From the sequence record PV764938.1: a stretch of 64,000 nt of DNA. The stretch is one strand, 5' to 3'. The stretch's first letter is position 1. Each line of letters starts with the position of its first letter. The notes under the pieces are model-generated. The model had not been told where the DNA came from. It did no database searches and was given only the letters and a program-made list of their open reading frames with translations. Position numbers and translations under genes: made by a program. Of this stretch, positions 27,684 through 37,051 are shown one piece after another.

Positions 27684-28331
27684 GTGGATACAGAAACATA
27701 TAACAGGCTACTAATGGTACAAAAGAAACAAAAACAAGAACTCTATGTAAGTACGGATATTGAAGCAAACGGTCGGGTCCCAGGACTCTCTTCCATGCTT
27801 AGCTTTGCAAGCGCAGTATTCGACATTGACAAAAATCTCCTCGGAACATTTTCGCGCAATTTGGAATTGCTACCGGGCTCCAATCCGCATCCGGAAACAG
27901 ATGCATTTTGGAATGAATCCGAAGCAAACAAAGCCGCATACTTGGTAACCCGTGTTGACATGGTAAGCCCAGCCGATGCAATGCGTGATTACGTCGCATT
28001 CCTCAAGGATCTCCCAGGTACTCCAATTTTCGTTGGTTATCCTGCGGCTTTCGATTTCAAGTGGATCGACTATTACGCTCATGCGTTTGTCGGCGATAAT
28101 CCCTTCGGTTTCTCCCGTTGCATTGACGTTAAGTCCTATGCTTACGCGGTCCTGAAGAAGGAAAAGTTCTCCCACACTGCAAAGCGCAACATGCCAAAGA
28201 ATTGGTTCGACAATCTCCCGCACACTCACATCGCACTAGACGATGCAATTGAGCAGGGCGCAATGTGGATCAATTTGCTCCGAGAAACTACTGGTCTGCC
28301 GCGTCTTGCGGATTTGACGTTGGCTGCATAA
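27684..28331 (+). CDS. DEDDh 3'-5' exonuclease (Rv2179c/RNase T-like)
   Basis: STDIEANG (ExoI), AAFDF (ExoII), HIALDDA (ExoIII). Start may instead be the ATG at 27714. Confidence 0.85.
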   Translation: MDTETYNRLLMVQKKQKQELYVSTDIEANGRVPGLSSMLSFASAVFDIDKNLLGTFSRNLELLPGSNPHPETDAFWNESEANKAAYLVTRVDMVSPADAMRDYVAFLKDLPGTPIFVGYPAAFDFKWIDYYAHAFVGDNPFGFSRCIDVKSYAYAVLKKEKFSHTAKRNMPKNWFDNLPHTHIALDDAIEQGAMWINLLRETTGLPRLADLTLAA

Positions 28332-28340
28332 ATCGTGCAT

Positions 28341-28369
28341 AAAAACGATGGGCCCGTTTAGGGCCCATC
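28341..28369. terminator. Terminator between convergent genes
   Basis: GATGGGCCC-GTTTA-GGGCCCATC, 9-bp stem, with an A5 run on the left (U-tail on the minus strand). Confidence 0.8.
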
Positions 28370-28372
28370 CTC

Positions 28373-28576
28373 TTATCCAAAATACCCACCAACTACTATA
28401 TCATCCTCATTGATGCTTGGGAAGTACCGGCGTTCATCCCGGAAGAACACTGCACTCACTGTTTCCTTTGGCTTCACCACGTAAACTCCAAACTTGGACA
28501 TTTCGTGAGCAAAAACTCCGATTGTGAGCTTCCTTTTGAGAAGCTCATCAACCTGTGCCTGCTTTAGACTCTTCAT
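28373..28576 (-). CDS. Small hypothetical protein
   Basis: 67 aa, GGAG RBS, directly after the spike gene. Confidence 0.65.
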   Translation of the reverse strand: MKSLKQAQVDELLKRKLTIGVFAHEMSKFGVYVVKPKETVSAVFFRDERRYFPSINEDDIVVGGYFG

Positions 28577-28586
28577 GCGTATCTCC

Positions 28587-31500
28587 TTAAACTGGAACGT
28601 AACGAGCGGTTACACTTCCGGATTCACTCGCTGCATTCAAGCCAATCAAACCACCATTTGCGTCCAACACTGGTCCACCCGCCATACCAGGCTTCAAACC
28701 ATTGACGTCATTTGTCGCCATACCGTTTAGACCATAAACTGTCAGACCACCGGCTGGAGTTCCAGGACCCGTATACTTGACCGTCTTGTTGTTCTCACCC
28801 GTTGGATTCGCAGGCATCGAAATCAAAGTTTCTCCAAATGCGTAACCGTAGCTCTGCATTGGAACACCGTCCGATTGTAGGCCTGCCATGTTGATTGGTA
28901 CCAAGTCAGCGTAATCGTAATTGCGGATTCTGATATGTGCGATGTCCTTGGATGGGTTCATCGCAATCAGCTCTGCAATTCGCATACGACCACCAATTTC
29001 CACATAAACGATTTGTCCGATTGTGGCAGTGTCGATACCAATGACCTGTGCGTTTGTCATCAGCGTTCCTGAGAAGTTAATGACTACGCCAGTACCCACG
29101 TTGTTACCGGAGATGACTTTACCGATACTCAAACGACCCGAAGGCGGCACCGGAACGATTGTTCCGTTTTCTTCACCCTCTTCTAGCTCGGATGGCTTGT
29201 TTGGATTCTTGATTTGATCCAAAAGCTGTTCAAGCTGCTTTAGAGGTGTCTTCGGTGTCTTTCCATCCACTGTTTTTCCGTTGGTTGTCGGGAACGTTGG
29301 GAATATCTCAGCAAGGTTGTCGATGAGGTCTTCCTTCGATTGTTTTCCTTCACGCCACTTTTCGATGCCGGCCTTGACTAGCAAATAGTTGGCAATCTTG
29401 TCCTGCAGGCTTGCTGTGAATTTCTGAGTACCCGAAAGTCCCAAAGCATCACGCGCTTCCTGTAGATCAGGCTGGCTGATATTATAGCGACCAACACCAG
29501 TTTCACCACTTGGGTTAGACGGCGAAGCCTTCATTTGTTCCTGTAGCTGATCGATTTGATCCAACGTCATATTGGTCAGGTTCTTATCGCCACCACTGTT
29601 GGCTCCCTTACCAGCTGTTTCGTTGTAACCGTCACCGGCATCAGTTCCTTCGCTTTGTGCGACCTTGTCAAGGAGCGGGTTGTTTGCGGAATTGTTTCCG
29701 TTGGTTGTGTTAGGATTACCGGAGCCAGAGCCTCCACCCGAACCACCACCTGATCCGCCAGAACCTCCTCCTGATCCACCACCAGCGCCGCCAGAACCAC
29801 CACCGGCTCCGCCGCCTCCGCCACCAGATCCACCTCCACCTCCGCCAGAGCCGGAACCACCTCCGCCCCCACCAGATCCACCGCCGGATCCTCCACCAGA
29901 TCCACCGCCACCTCCTCCGGAACCACCGCCTCCAGATCCGCCAGAGCCTCCGCCCCCGCCTCCTCCAGATCCGCCGCCTCCGCCACCAGAACCGCCGCCA
30001 GATCCCCCTCCGGATCCACCACCGCCTCCACCACCTGAGCCTCCGCCGGCACCGCCGCCTCCGCCTCCACCGGAACCACCACCAGCGCCACCAGATCCTC
30101 CGCCACCGCCTCCGGCTCCTCCACCAGAGCCCGAGCCAGAACCGGAACCACCGCCTCCGCCGCCTCCGCCGCCTCCGCCGCCTCCGCCGCCTCCGCCGCC
30201 TCCGCCACCACCTCCTCCTCCGGAGGAGTTGTCGTCGTCGTCATCGGTTGGATCGTCAACGTTATCTTCAGGCGGCGTTTCTTCGTCGTCCTTCGGAGAG
30301 CCATCGCTATTTGTGTCTTCGTCTTCTTCACCGCCACCAGAGCAATCGGCAGCTTCATACTCTTCATCACCACAAACGAATTCGTGACCCTTAAATGGCT
30401 CATGTGTTGGCAAACGAGTTACAACAGAATCACGAGTAGTTTCAGGATAGCACTCGGTTAGTTCACGGTCCGGAAGTACGCAAGGATCCTTAATCTCTGC
30501 TTCTGCTGGAGGTTCTGGTTCATTTGGAGTATCCGAGCAATTCTGCATGATCTTTTCGGACTTCATCAGGATCAATTGACCCGAAGTCATCGTAAAGACC
30601 TTGTCGGAATTCACTGTTAGGTTACCACCGACTTGAAGAGAATCCGCACCCTCGATAAGAACAGAACGGTTCTTCTTGATTGTGCTGTGATATGCACCAC
30701 CAATGTCCAACTTGTGGTCCTTATTGGTGATTTGATCCCAGTTGCCAGCGGTTCCCCACTTGGTGTCACCTTCTACGAACGCATTGAAGTTACCACCGAC
30801 ATGCAAATTGAAATCTTTGTCCGAGTGCATGTTGATGCCATTCGCAGCGTGAACGTTGAATGTTTTAGCCGTATACATGTCGATGGCATCATCTGAGATT
30901 TGCACCCAGGAGTTGCCCTTCTTGGTGTTCATGTAGATGTAACCGCAAGTCTCGTGAATGAGAACCTGCACGCCACTCTTGGTACGGAAACGGATGAATT
31001 CATTTTCCTGATTATCGTCCGCATAAATTTGCGAACCGTCAGGAGTTAGGAAACCATAGACGTGACTCGGTGACTCACGACGTGCGCCAGCAGTTGTGGT
31101 ACCGCGCTGAGTGTCCGTGTAAAGTCCCTGCATTGTGAGACCTTCATGAAGAGGATCATAACGGGGACGAGTCGGATCCAAGTTGTTTCCGATTTCAGAG
31201 AATTTGTTGTATTCGCCGACTGGCGGTTCTTCTGCACCACACGAAGCTTCGTCAAAGGATTCACTAACAGGAATACCAGGAACCATGTGGTTCATGTATT
31301 GCTTATACATGGAACCAACCCAGATACCCTTGTTGGGGTCACCGTTGATGAACATGACGATGACTTCGTTATCGATATCCGGCGGAACAGCCCACCAACC
31401 ATAGGAGACTTGGGATTCCGTGTACTTTTTGCCGTCCTTGATGTTACCCTTCTTCCACAGGTTGTCCTGGTTGTTCGGGTATTCTTTGATCGGTGTAGCA

Positions 31501-31721
31501 CCCGCGAACGGGCTGCAATAGTTCACAGTGTACCAGGACTCTTCTTGGTCCGAATCACCCCCAAGGTCGGGAATCCAAACCTTGAGTCGTCCCATGAAGA
31601 TCTCATCTTCATTCTTGCGAACGAATCCAACGTAGACTTGGTTGTAGATATTGGCACGACCTGATGGCTGCTGGGCATAACCATCAGGTGTACGTTCGTT
31701 TCTGTTATATGAATTTGCCAT
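28587..31721 (-). CDS. gp5: gp5/VgrG-like central spike with appended Gly linker, lysozyme-like and degenerate trypsin-like domains
   Basis: OB-fold motifs GRLKVWIP, SYGWWAVPPDIDNEVIVMFINGD; beta-helix region; RLPTHEPFKGH; then linker and two accessory domains. Confidence 0.85.
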   Translation of the reverse strand: MANSYNRNERTPDGYAQQPSGRANIYNQVYVGFVRKNEDEIFMGRLKVWIPDLGGDSDQEESWYTVNYCSPFAGATPIKEYPNNQDNLWKKGNIKDGKKYTESQVSYGWWAVPPDIDNEVIVMFINGDPNKGIWVGSMYKQYMNHMVPGIPVSESFDEASCGAEEPPVGEYNKFSEIGNNLDPTRPRYDPLHEGLTMQGLYTDTQRGTTTAGARRESPSHVYGFLTPDGSQIYADDNQENEFIRFRTKSGVQVLIHETCGYIYMNTKKGNSWVQISDDAIDMYTAKTFNVHAANGINMHSDKDFNLHVGGNFNAFVEGDTKWGTAGNWDQITNKDHKLDIGGAYHSTIKKNRSVLIEGADSLQVGGNLTVNSDKVFTMTSGQLILMKSEKIMQNCSDTPNEPEPPAEAEIKDPCVLPDRELTECYPETTRDSVVTRLPTHEPFKGHEFVCGDEEYEAADCSGGGEEDEDTNSDGSPKDDEETPPEDNVDDPTDDDDDNSSGGGGGGGGGGGGGGGGGGGGGGGGGSGSGSGSGGGAGGGGGGSGGAGGGSGGGGGGGAGGGSGGGGGGGSGGGSGGGSGGGGGGSGGGGGGGSGGSGGGGSGGGGGGSGGGSGGGSGGGGGGSGSGGGGGGSGGGGGGAGGGSGGAGGGSGGGSGGSGGGSGGGSGSGNPNTTNGNNSANNPLLDKVAQSEGTDAGDGYNETAGKGANSGGDKNLTNMTLDQIDQLQEQMKASPSNPSGETGVGRYNISQPDLQEARDALGLSGTQKFTASLQDKIANYLLVKAGIEKWREGKQSKEDLIDNLAEIFPTFPTTNGKTVDGKTPKTPLKQLEQLLDQIKNPNKPSELEEGEENGTIVPVPPSGRLSIGKVISGNNVGTGVVINFSGTLMTNAQVIGIDTATIGQIVYVEIGGRMRIAELIAMNPSKDIAHIRIRNYDYADLVPINMAGLQSDGVPMQSYGYAFGETLISMPANPTGENNKTVKYTGPGTPAGGLTVYGLNGMATNDVNGLKPGMAGGPVLDANGGLIGLNAASESGSVTARYVPV
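29718..30227 (-). repeat. Gly/Ser low-complexity coding repeat (~170 codons)
   Basis: Nearly continuous GGN codons; 25 consecutive Gly at 30147-30221; six perfect copies of CCGCCTCCG at 30151-30204 on the + strand. Confidence 0.95.
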
Positions 31722-31722
31722 A

Positions 31723-33705
31723 TTACTTTCCGCTTTGGTTCTTCGTTATTTGCATTGCTGGAATGCGAACCCCAGTGAGAACCTGTGTGAATGCACCACC
31801 GTTGAATTTGTGTGATACTTGATTGGTTGCATAGTATCCCGAATATGTATCGGTTAGCGTTAGGATAGGATTTCCATCGTCATCAATACCTTGGGGCAAA
31901 AAGAACTTCAGCATGAACATGTGTTCGCCATTGGAGAAGTTTGCCTTATCGTCGGTGCTATCCTGTTCAATGGATTCCGTATTTGTTGCTCCGAGCCAAT
32001 AAGGATCGCCTCGAATTCCTAGATCAACATGTCCGAGGTTTTCACCCAAATCACCATACAGCTGGTTGAGAATACCCGCGTAAATGCTTCGGCTACGCAG
32101 GTTGCTTGCTTCAATAGCTTGGTTAACGTGAGCGCGTGGATCATTACCATCTTGGATAAAGGTCATTGGCAAAGCCGATGGTCCATAACCCATTGTATCG
32201 ATGGATCCGTTGGAGGGTTTATTCAAACCCTCCCAAAGGTCGCCTACACTGGTTGGTGCACCACCAACGGCCGGTGCCTTACAATAGTTGATTGGCTCAA
32301 TTGCATTCTGGTAAATGGGCCATTTCTCGTTCATCGTCTGCTTGTTGAAATCGTCAGGCGAATATTGGATACCCGGACTAGAGTTTTCCGTTGTGATGTG
32401 ACCCTGCATGATGTTGGTGGCGATTGCGAAGTTGAAATTCAGGGAAATGTTGAAATCCAATACTTCTGTGTTCCGACCCGTAAACAGGTATTGATACTCT
32501 TTTTTCAAATAGTTTTGACTTGTCACAAATGCCAGTTTTGCTTGACCCTGTGCAATAGCGTCGTCTGCACCCTTTGCGGAGTTCACTGCTCGCACGTTGT
32601 CGTGACCACGAACATAGAACGTAATCTTGCGAACATAATCCTGAGAAATGGTATCATAGCTTACATTTTCGACCACAGTATCAACACGGTGAGCCGTTGA
32701 GTATTCCTTGGCTTCACTATCGTTTTCCGTTGCAGATTCTGCGGGGTTGATCATTTGTGTCGCAGTTTCCGAAACACTCATAATGTAATCGACGAGGCGA
32801 CCAATATCAGTACCACGGCTAATCTGTGTAACACCTTGGTTACGAGACGAATCCAAGAACTTTTGGTCTCGAATGACTTTGTGTTCAAATGGACTGTTTA
32901 CGACACCACCGTTCTTATAGGGCAAATCTTTGATTTCAACTATAAACGGTGCAGTACCACCATTGGCAACGTTGTAGGATTTCTCCAGAGCTTTGTTGAT
33001 CTGCTTGGCGACACCATCCATGATTTCTTTGACTTTACCTTCGCCTTTGGTAAAGTCGATATTGATGGGCATCTTAATCAGGTTGAACTGGTCGAAGTTT
33101 CCGATCTCGTTATAGCCGACGGCTTCGATCACATGTTTGCCACCGGTCGCATCTAGATCAGTTGTAAGTTTGGTGATGAACAAGCTCCAAATCCATGTCT
33201 TATCCACAGGTTTCTTTGGGGCGCCAGACTCTGGATCATAACCCAAAAAGTCAACACTCAAATAATACGGACACTTCATGAAATTTTTGACGTTAGCTGC
33301 GGCAGCACCGGCGGCCATTTTGTCAGGCAAAGCCATACCCAAGGGTTCAGAAATCTTGATAGTGAACTTGGTTGCGCCAATGTTCTTGGTTCTAAAATTC
33401 GGAGCAATGATTGCGTCGATTTCAACATCAGTAATGTTGAACGTCGTGAGTCCAGTTTCGGCAATGACGACAACGGGAGTCGTCGATGTGCCAGTATCCG
33501 TGCCAATATAGAATTTGAAATGGTAGCTCGGTTGCTCCACGTCGCCCATCGGATTGGCAACAACCGTGCTGATGTCTACTTTCGTAGCCTTAGCCTCGAT
33601 GCCTTTGAAACCCATATTCGCGTTTGGGCTGCCACCGGTTGGACTCACATATCCGTTGAACTGGGCATCGTTGCGTTGACTAGCTGGAACTCGTTGATCT
33701 GCCAT
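31723..33705 (-). CDS. Baseplate hub protein (gp27/gp44-like)
   Basis: 660 aa between gp53 and gp5; C-terminal IRGDPYW..GYYATNQVSHKFNGGAFTQVL motif typical of hub proteins. Confidence 0.7.
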   Translation of the reverse strand: MADQRVPASQRNDAQFNGYVSPTGGSPNANMGFKGIEAKATKVDISTVVANPMGDVEQPSYHFKFYIGTDTGTSTTPVVVIAETGLTTFNITDVEIDAIIAPNFRTKNIGATKFTIKISEPLGMALPDKMAAGAAAANVKNFMKCPYYLSVDFLGYDPESGAPKKPVDKTWIWSLFITKLTTDLDATGGKHVIEAVGYNEIGNFDQFNLIKMPINIDFTKGEGKVKEIMDGVAKQINKALEKSYNVANGGTAPFIVEIKDLPYKNGGVVNSPFEHKVIRDQKFLDSSRNQGVTQISRGTDIGRLVDYIMSVSETATQMINPAESATENDSEAKEYSTAHRVDTVVENVSYDTISQDYVRKITFYVRGHDNVRAVNSAKGADDAIAQGQAKLAFVTSQNYLKKEYQYLFTGRNTEVLDFNISLNFNFAIATNIMQGHITTENSSPGIQYSPDDFNKQTMNEKWPIYQNAIEPINYCKAPAVGGAPTSVGDLWEGLNKPSNGSIDTMGYGPSALPMTFIQDGNDPRAHVNQAIEASNLRSRSIYAGILNQLYGDLGENLGHVDLGIRGDPYWLGATNTESIEQDSTDDKANFSNGEHMFMLKFFLPQGIDDDGNPILTLTDTYSGYYATNQVSHKFNGGAFTQVLTGVRIPAMQITKNQSGK

Positions 33706-34025
33706 TACTTTGTCGCCTGAATGTTGCTGAGCAAACGTTCCTTTGTTGGAACACGGATTTGCAAACCTGCCTTGAAATCATAGATGGGATCGCGAATCAC
33801 ACCTAGGTTCAATACCTGGAATACCCACCAATAATCCTTTGTCCCATATAGTTCATAGCTCAGGTTGTAAGGACGGAAGTTGTACTTGGTCGGGATCACC
33901 ATAGCTTTGTCCGTGGGATCCGGTAGAATGTTTTTGAGTACCAAGTTATCGAGGTACCAAGAAGCTTGTGGCGTTGCCGAGTAAGGCGAACCATTTGAAT
34001 AACGTACGACTGACATTAGAGCCAT
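33705..34025 (-). CDS. gp53: Baseplate wedge gp53-like (LysM-like)
   Basis: RPYNLSYELYGTKDYWWVF..N..RDPIYDFKAG..IRVP. Confidence 0.85.
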   Translation of the reverse strand: MALMSVVRYSNGSPYSATPQASWYLDNLVLKNILPDPTDKAMVIPTKYNFRPYNLSYELYGTKDYWWVFQVLNLGVIRDPIYDFKAGLQIRVPTKERLLSNIQATK

Positions 34026-35449
34026 CCCTTCTGTTGCATGAGTTCGCCGCTTGCAAAGCTATCCCAGTTGAAGCTACGAGCCTTCGCTGGCGTTTGTTGT
34101 ACCGTTACAAGCACACTAAGCGTTGTGACTGTCGGGACCTTAGAGACGCCGCCCGCGCTGCTTACGGTTACATAGTCCACATTATCCGGAAGCTGCACTT
34201 CGTAGTTCTTGACTATCACTGACAGCCCGTTGAACATGTGTGTACCATAGCCGTCCAAAAACACCTGCGGTGGTGGAAGACCCTTGTTGGAGTCATTTTC
34301 ACCAAAGTGCATCTTCGTGAGTACGCGCAGGAAGTGAATACTTGCGAGCAGGTACTTTGCTTCGGTTTCGTTTTGCGCGGTGAATGTCCCCTGGATCGTG
34401 ATATCGATGCTTGGGGTATTCTTGTAGATGTGATAATCCTGGTTCGCATGAGTTGTTTCAAGCGTTTGGTAGTTGGTGCTTGCTTGCATCGAAACAGTTG
34501 GCGTATATGGGAATACGAGACCACCCGTCTCAGTAAGTGGAGCCAAAACACCTGTAAGCATTCCACTACGAATCGATGGCTTCGGGCTCAACTTGATCCG
34601 CTGGTCCGCACTACTTGCGACGCTGGTTACGCCGACAGAAGTATCATATACGGTATTTCCCGAATATTGCGTGAAACCATAGCCGCTGGTGACCGAGTTA
34701 TCCATGAGACCTGTTCGGGTAATCGAACCGAAATCGTTACTCAAGGTGTTGCGGATAATATCGAAGTTGGAGTCGCTGCTTGACGAGATATCAGTATCCG
34801 ATGATACCACTTGGCCGCCGAAGTTCACATAGGTTCGTGATCCACCACTGAACAAACTGGAAGTGGCTGCTGATAGTTCAAATGCGTTATCGATTTCCGT
34901 TTGCAGTTCGCGGAGCAAGGATTCGTAATAGACTTCAGCGGCGAATGCTTCGTCATCTGCGTCCCAGATTTCCTGTTGCGTTGCATCGGGATCCGTGCGC
35001 AGGGAAACCGCATAGGCCGCCGTTTCAATTCGACGTTCGTTTGCGTTTGCGAGTTGGTTCTCGAAATTCAATGAGACCAGCGAGGTCTTCTCATTGGAGT
35101 TACGACGTGCGAGCTCTAGCTGATTCTGATACTCGCTTACATAGGCGTCAGCCGCTGCAATTGCAGCGATTAGCGCGTCTTTGGATTCCTCAGAAGCCGT
35201 CGGATTCTCACCAACAAAGCTGCGATAATTGTCGCGTGCGCTTTGTGCGGAGACCAAAGCTTCGTCGAGATTCTTGGGAGGACTATTAGAGGGAGGAGCC
35301 GCAGGAGTTTCCTCGAGAGCTGTAGAAGCTCCATCGATTGCGGCTTGGCGTGTTGAAAAGCCCGTTACAAGGCGACCATCAGCATACTGAATTGCCCAAT
35401 TGGCTTCAGTGATCTGAACAATTTCGTAGTTTGAATTATCCTGCGCCAT
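34016..35449 (-). CDS. Tail tube initiator (gp48/gp54-like) with helical N-terminal extension
   Basis: C-terminal LVFPYTPT..ITIQGTFTAQN..HFLR..PPPQVFLDGYG..VIVKNYEVQLPDNVDY, a tube-fold motif. Confidence 0.75.
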   Translation of the reverse strand: MAQDNSNYEIVQITEANWAIQYADGRLVTGFSTRQAAIDGASTALEETPAAPPSNSPPKNLDEALVSAQSARDNYRSFVGENPTASEESKDALIAAIAAADAYVSEYQNQLELARRNSNEKTSLVSLNFENQLANANERRIETAAYAVSLRTDPDATQQEIWDADDEAFAAEVYYESLLRELQTEIDNAFELSAATSSLFSGGSRTYVNFGGQVVSSDTDISSSSDSNFDIIRNTLSNDFGSITRTGLMDNSVTSGYGFTQYSGNTVYDTSVGVTSVASSADQRIKLSPKPSIRSGMLTGVLAPLTETGGLVFPYTPTVSMQASTNYQTLETTHANQDYHIYKNTPSIDITIQGTFTAQNETEAKYLLASIHFLRVLTKMHFGENDSNKGLPPPQVFLDGYGTHMFNGLSVIVKNYEVQLPDNVDYVTVSSAGGVSKVPTVTTLSVLVTVQQTPAKARSFNWDSFASGELMQQKGWL

Positions 35450-35978
35450 CCTCTATGAGTGCCTTTCTTACGAGCGCATAAGCGTCTCGCACTGAGTTTT
35501 CACCAACCTCAGAAGGCATCATACGGGCGAATTCTTCAAAGTCACCGGCTGCGGCCGCAGCCCTTGCTTTGGTAGCGGAAACACCATCGGCATCTCCGCT
35601 TTCACGATCGACCTCGACAATACAAGCTTGGGTGAATCCTGCGTAATCAAGCAGCTTCTTGTATTTCTTGGCACGGTCGGAACCAGCTACCATAAAAGCG
35701 GGACGCTTGTTCTGAACCTCGAGAATCTCCATCACATCATAAGCTGATCCGGCGATGTCGAAGTGAACAGAGGGGAACCATCCCTTCAAAACGGCAATAC
35801 GTTGCTCTGGGGTCAGCGGGTTCTTCTGCTTATCCTTTCCGGATTGTTCCCCATCAACGATGTGAAACTCTGCACGGATGCCCGACTCTTTGGCCAGCTT
35901 CTCGATCCGGCGGATCAAGCTGTGGTGGCCCTTTGTCGGTGGATTGCAACGACCTGTTCCCAGAACGATATCGCTCAT
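35436..35978 (-). CDS. HIGH-class nucleotidyltransferase (cytidylyltransferase-like)
   Basis: GRCNPPTKGH, KNPLT, VAGSDR, VSATKAR. Start moved to MSDIV at 35978. Confidence 0.85.
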   Translation of the reverse strand: MSDIVLGTGRCNPPTKGHHSLIRRIEKLAKESGIRAEFHIVDGEQSGKDKQKNPLTPEQRIAVLKGWFPSVHFDIAGSAYDVMEILEVQNKRPAFMVAGSDRAKKYKKLLDYAGFTQACIVEVDRESGDADGVSATKARAAAAAGDFEEFARMMPSEVGENSVRDAYALVRKALIEDGAG

Positions 35979-35995
35979 TTCGTTACCTTCTACGG

Positions 35996-36001
35996 TATTT
36001 A
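35996..36001 (-). promoter_or_regulatory. Late promoter (TAAATA)
   Basis: CATAAATA 17 nt upstream of the ATG at 35978. Confidence 0.6.
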
Positions 36002-36074
36002 TGACTTCTATAAACAACAGCTTTAATAGGGTACTCACCATTATAACTAGAGTGAGTCCAAAAGCAATCCTAAC

Positions 36075-36103
36075 TTGACATCCTCAGTTCAGACGTGTAG
36101 TCT
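36075..36103 (+). promoter_or_regulatory. Sigma70-like promoter of gp55
   Basis: TTGACA-17-TAGTCT. Confidence 0.7.
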
Positions 36104-36193
36104 GAATTTTAATAAAAACCAAGAAAGTGCTGTAGGAATCCAATAACCTTCCTACATGATTGCTCTCAAAAGAACAATAATAAAAGGGGCATA

Positions 36194-37042
36194 ATGGCTA
36201 AGGTCAATTTCCTATCCAATAAAGAACTACTGCATGAGATTCATCTCAGCAAAAATTCCTATTGCTACTACCTCGACAAAACATATTCCAGCTACGATGC
36301 AATCGTATTGGATCTTTCCGAAGTAACCGAACTCCTCATCGAAGATGCCCGCATCAAGCGTGCGAATTCACTGTTCCAGGCTGCCAAGCTTGCTTTGAAG
36401 AATCAAGGTTATAAAGCTCATCAGATTAAAGTCGATCCGGTTCCACTTGAAGATATTCCGGTTGACAGCATTGTAATTCGTGTCATGACTGCTGATCATA
36501 TTCCGCTGCTTCCTGAGGAAGAGCTGAAGCCAGCACAGAAGGCGAAGAAGGATGAGGAAACACGTGTCAAGACAAACTTCAACCCGTTCAAGCATTACCT
36601 GCTAAACTACGATGGCGATGTGAACACCGGCACCGTAGATATGTCGAAGGTAACCTTCCGAGAAGTGGGTCGCTCTCACTGGAAGAATGGTCTCGATAAC
36701 GGTTACTTCAGCATGGACCACGGCAACATTACGGATCGCCTGGCTCGCATGTATTTAAAGCTTGTCGATCGTTATTCGCAGAAGCCAAACTGGCGCGGAT
36801 ATTCCTACTTGGACGAAATGAAGAACCAATCGCTGCTTCAGCTGATTCAAGTGGGTCTCAAGTTTGACGAGCGTCGTTCGCAGAATCCGTTTGCCTACTA
36901 CACGACCACGATGACCAACTCGTTTACTGGTGTGTTCCACAAGGAAAAGCGCAACCAAAACATTCGCGACGATATCCTCATTATGCAGGGACAGACGCCA
37001 TCGAATACTCGTATGGTTGAACACGAGCTTTCACAGCGATAA
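36194..37042 (+). CDS. gp55: Late transcription sigma factor, gp55-like
   Basis: RYSQKPNWRGYSYLDEM..KFD..SQNPFAYYTT...NSF; upstream of gp47/gp46. Confidence 0.92.
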   Translation: MAKVNFLSNKELLHEIHLSKNSYCYYLDKTYSSYDAIVLDLSEVTELLIEDARIKRANSLFQAAKLALKNQGYKAHQIKVDPVPLEDIPVDSIVIRVMTADHIPLLPEEELKPAQKAKKDEETRVKTNFNPFKHYLLNYDGDVNTGTVDMSKVTFREVGRSHWKNGLDNGYFSMDHGNITDRLARMYLKLVDRYSQKPNWRGYSYLDEMKNQSLLQLIQVGLKFDERRSQNPFAYYTTTMTNSFTGVFHKEKRNQNIRDDILIMQGQTPSNTRMVEHELSQR

Positions 37043-37051
37043 GGAATCCAA

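Noticed and set aside
30151-30204. Tandem 9-mer considered as CRISPR or iteron
   Set aside because: No spacers; fully explained as in-frame Gly codons.
29576-30403. Poly-Pro (29665-30387 +) and AEA/VVA-repeat (29576-30403 -) ORFs
   Set aside because: Alternative-frame readings of the poly-Gly repeat within the spike gene.
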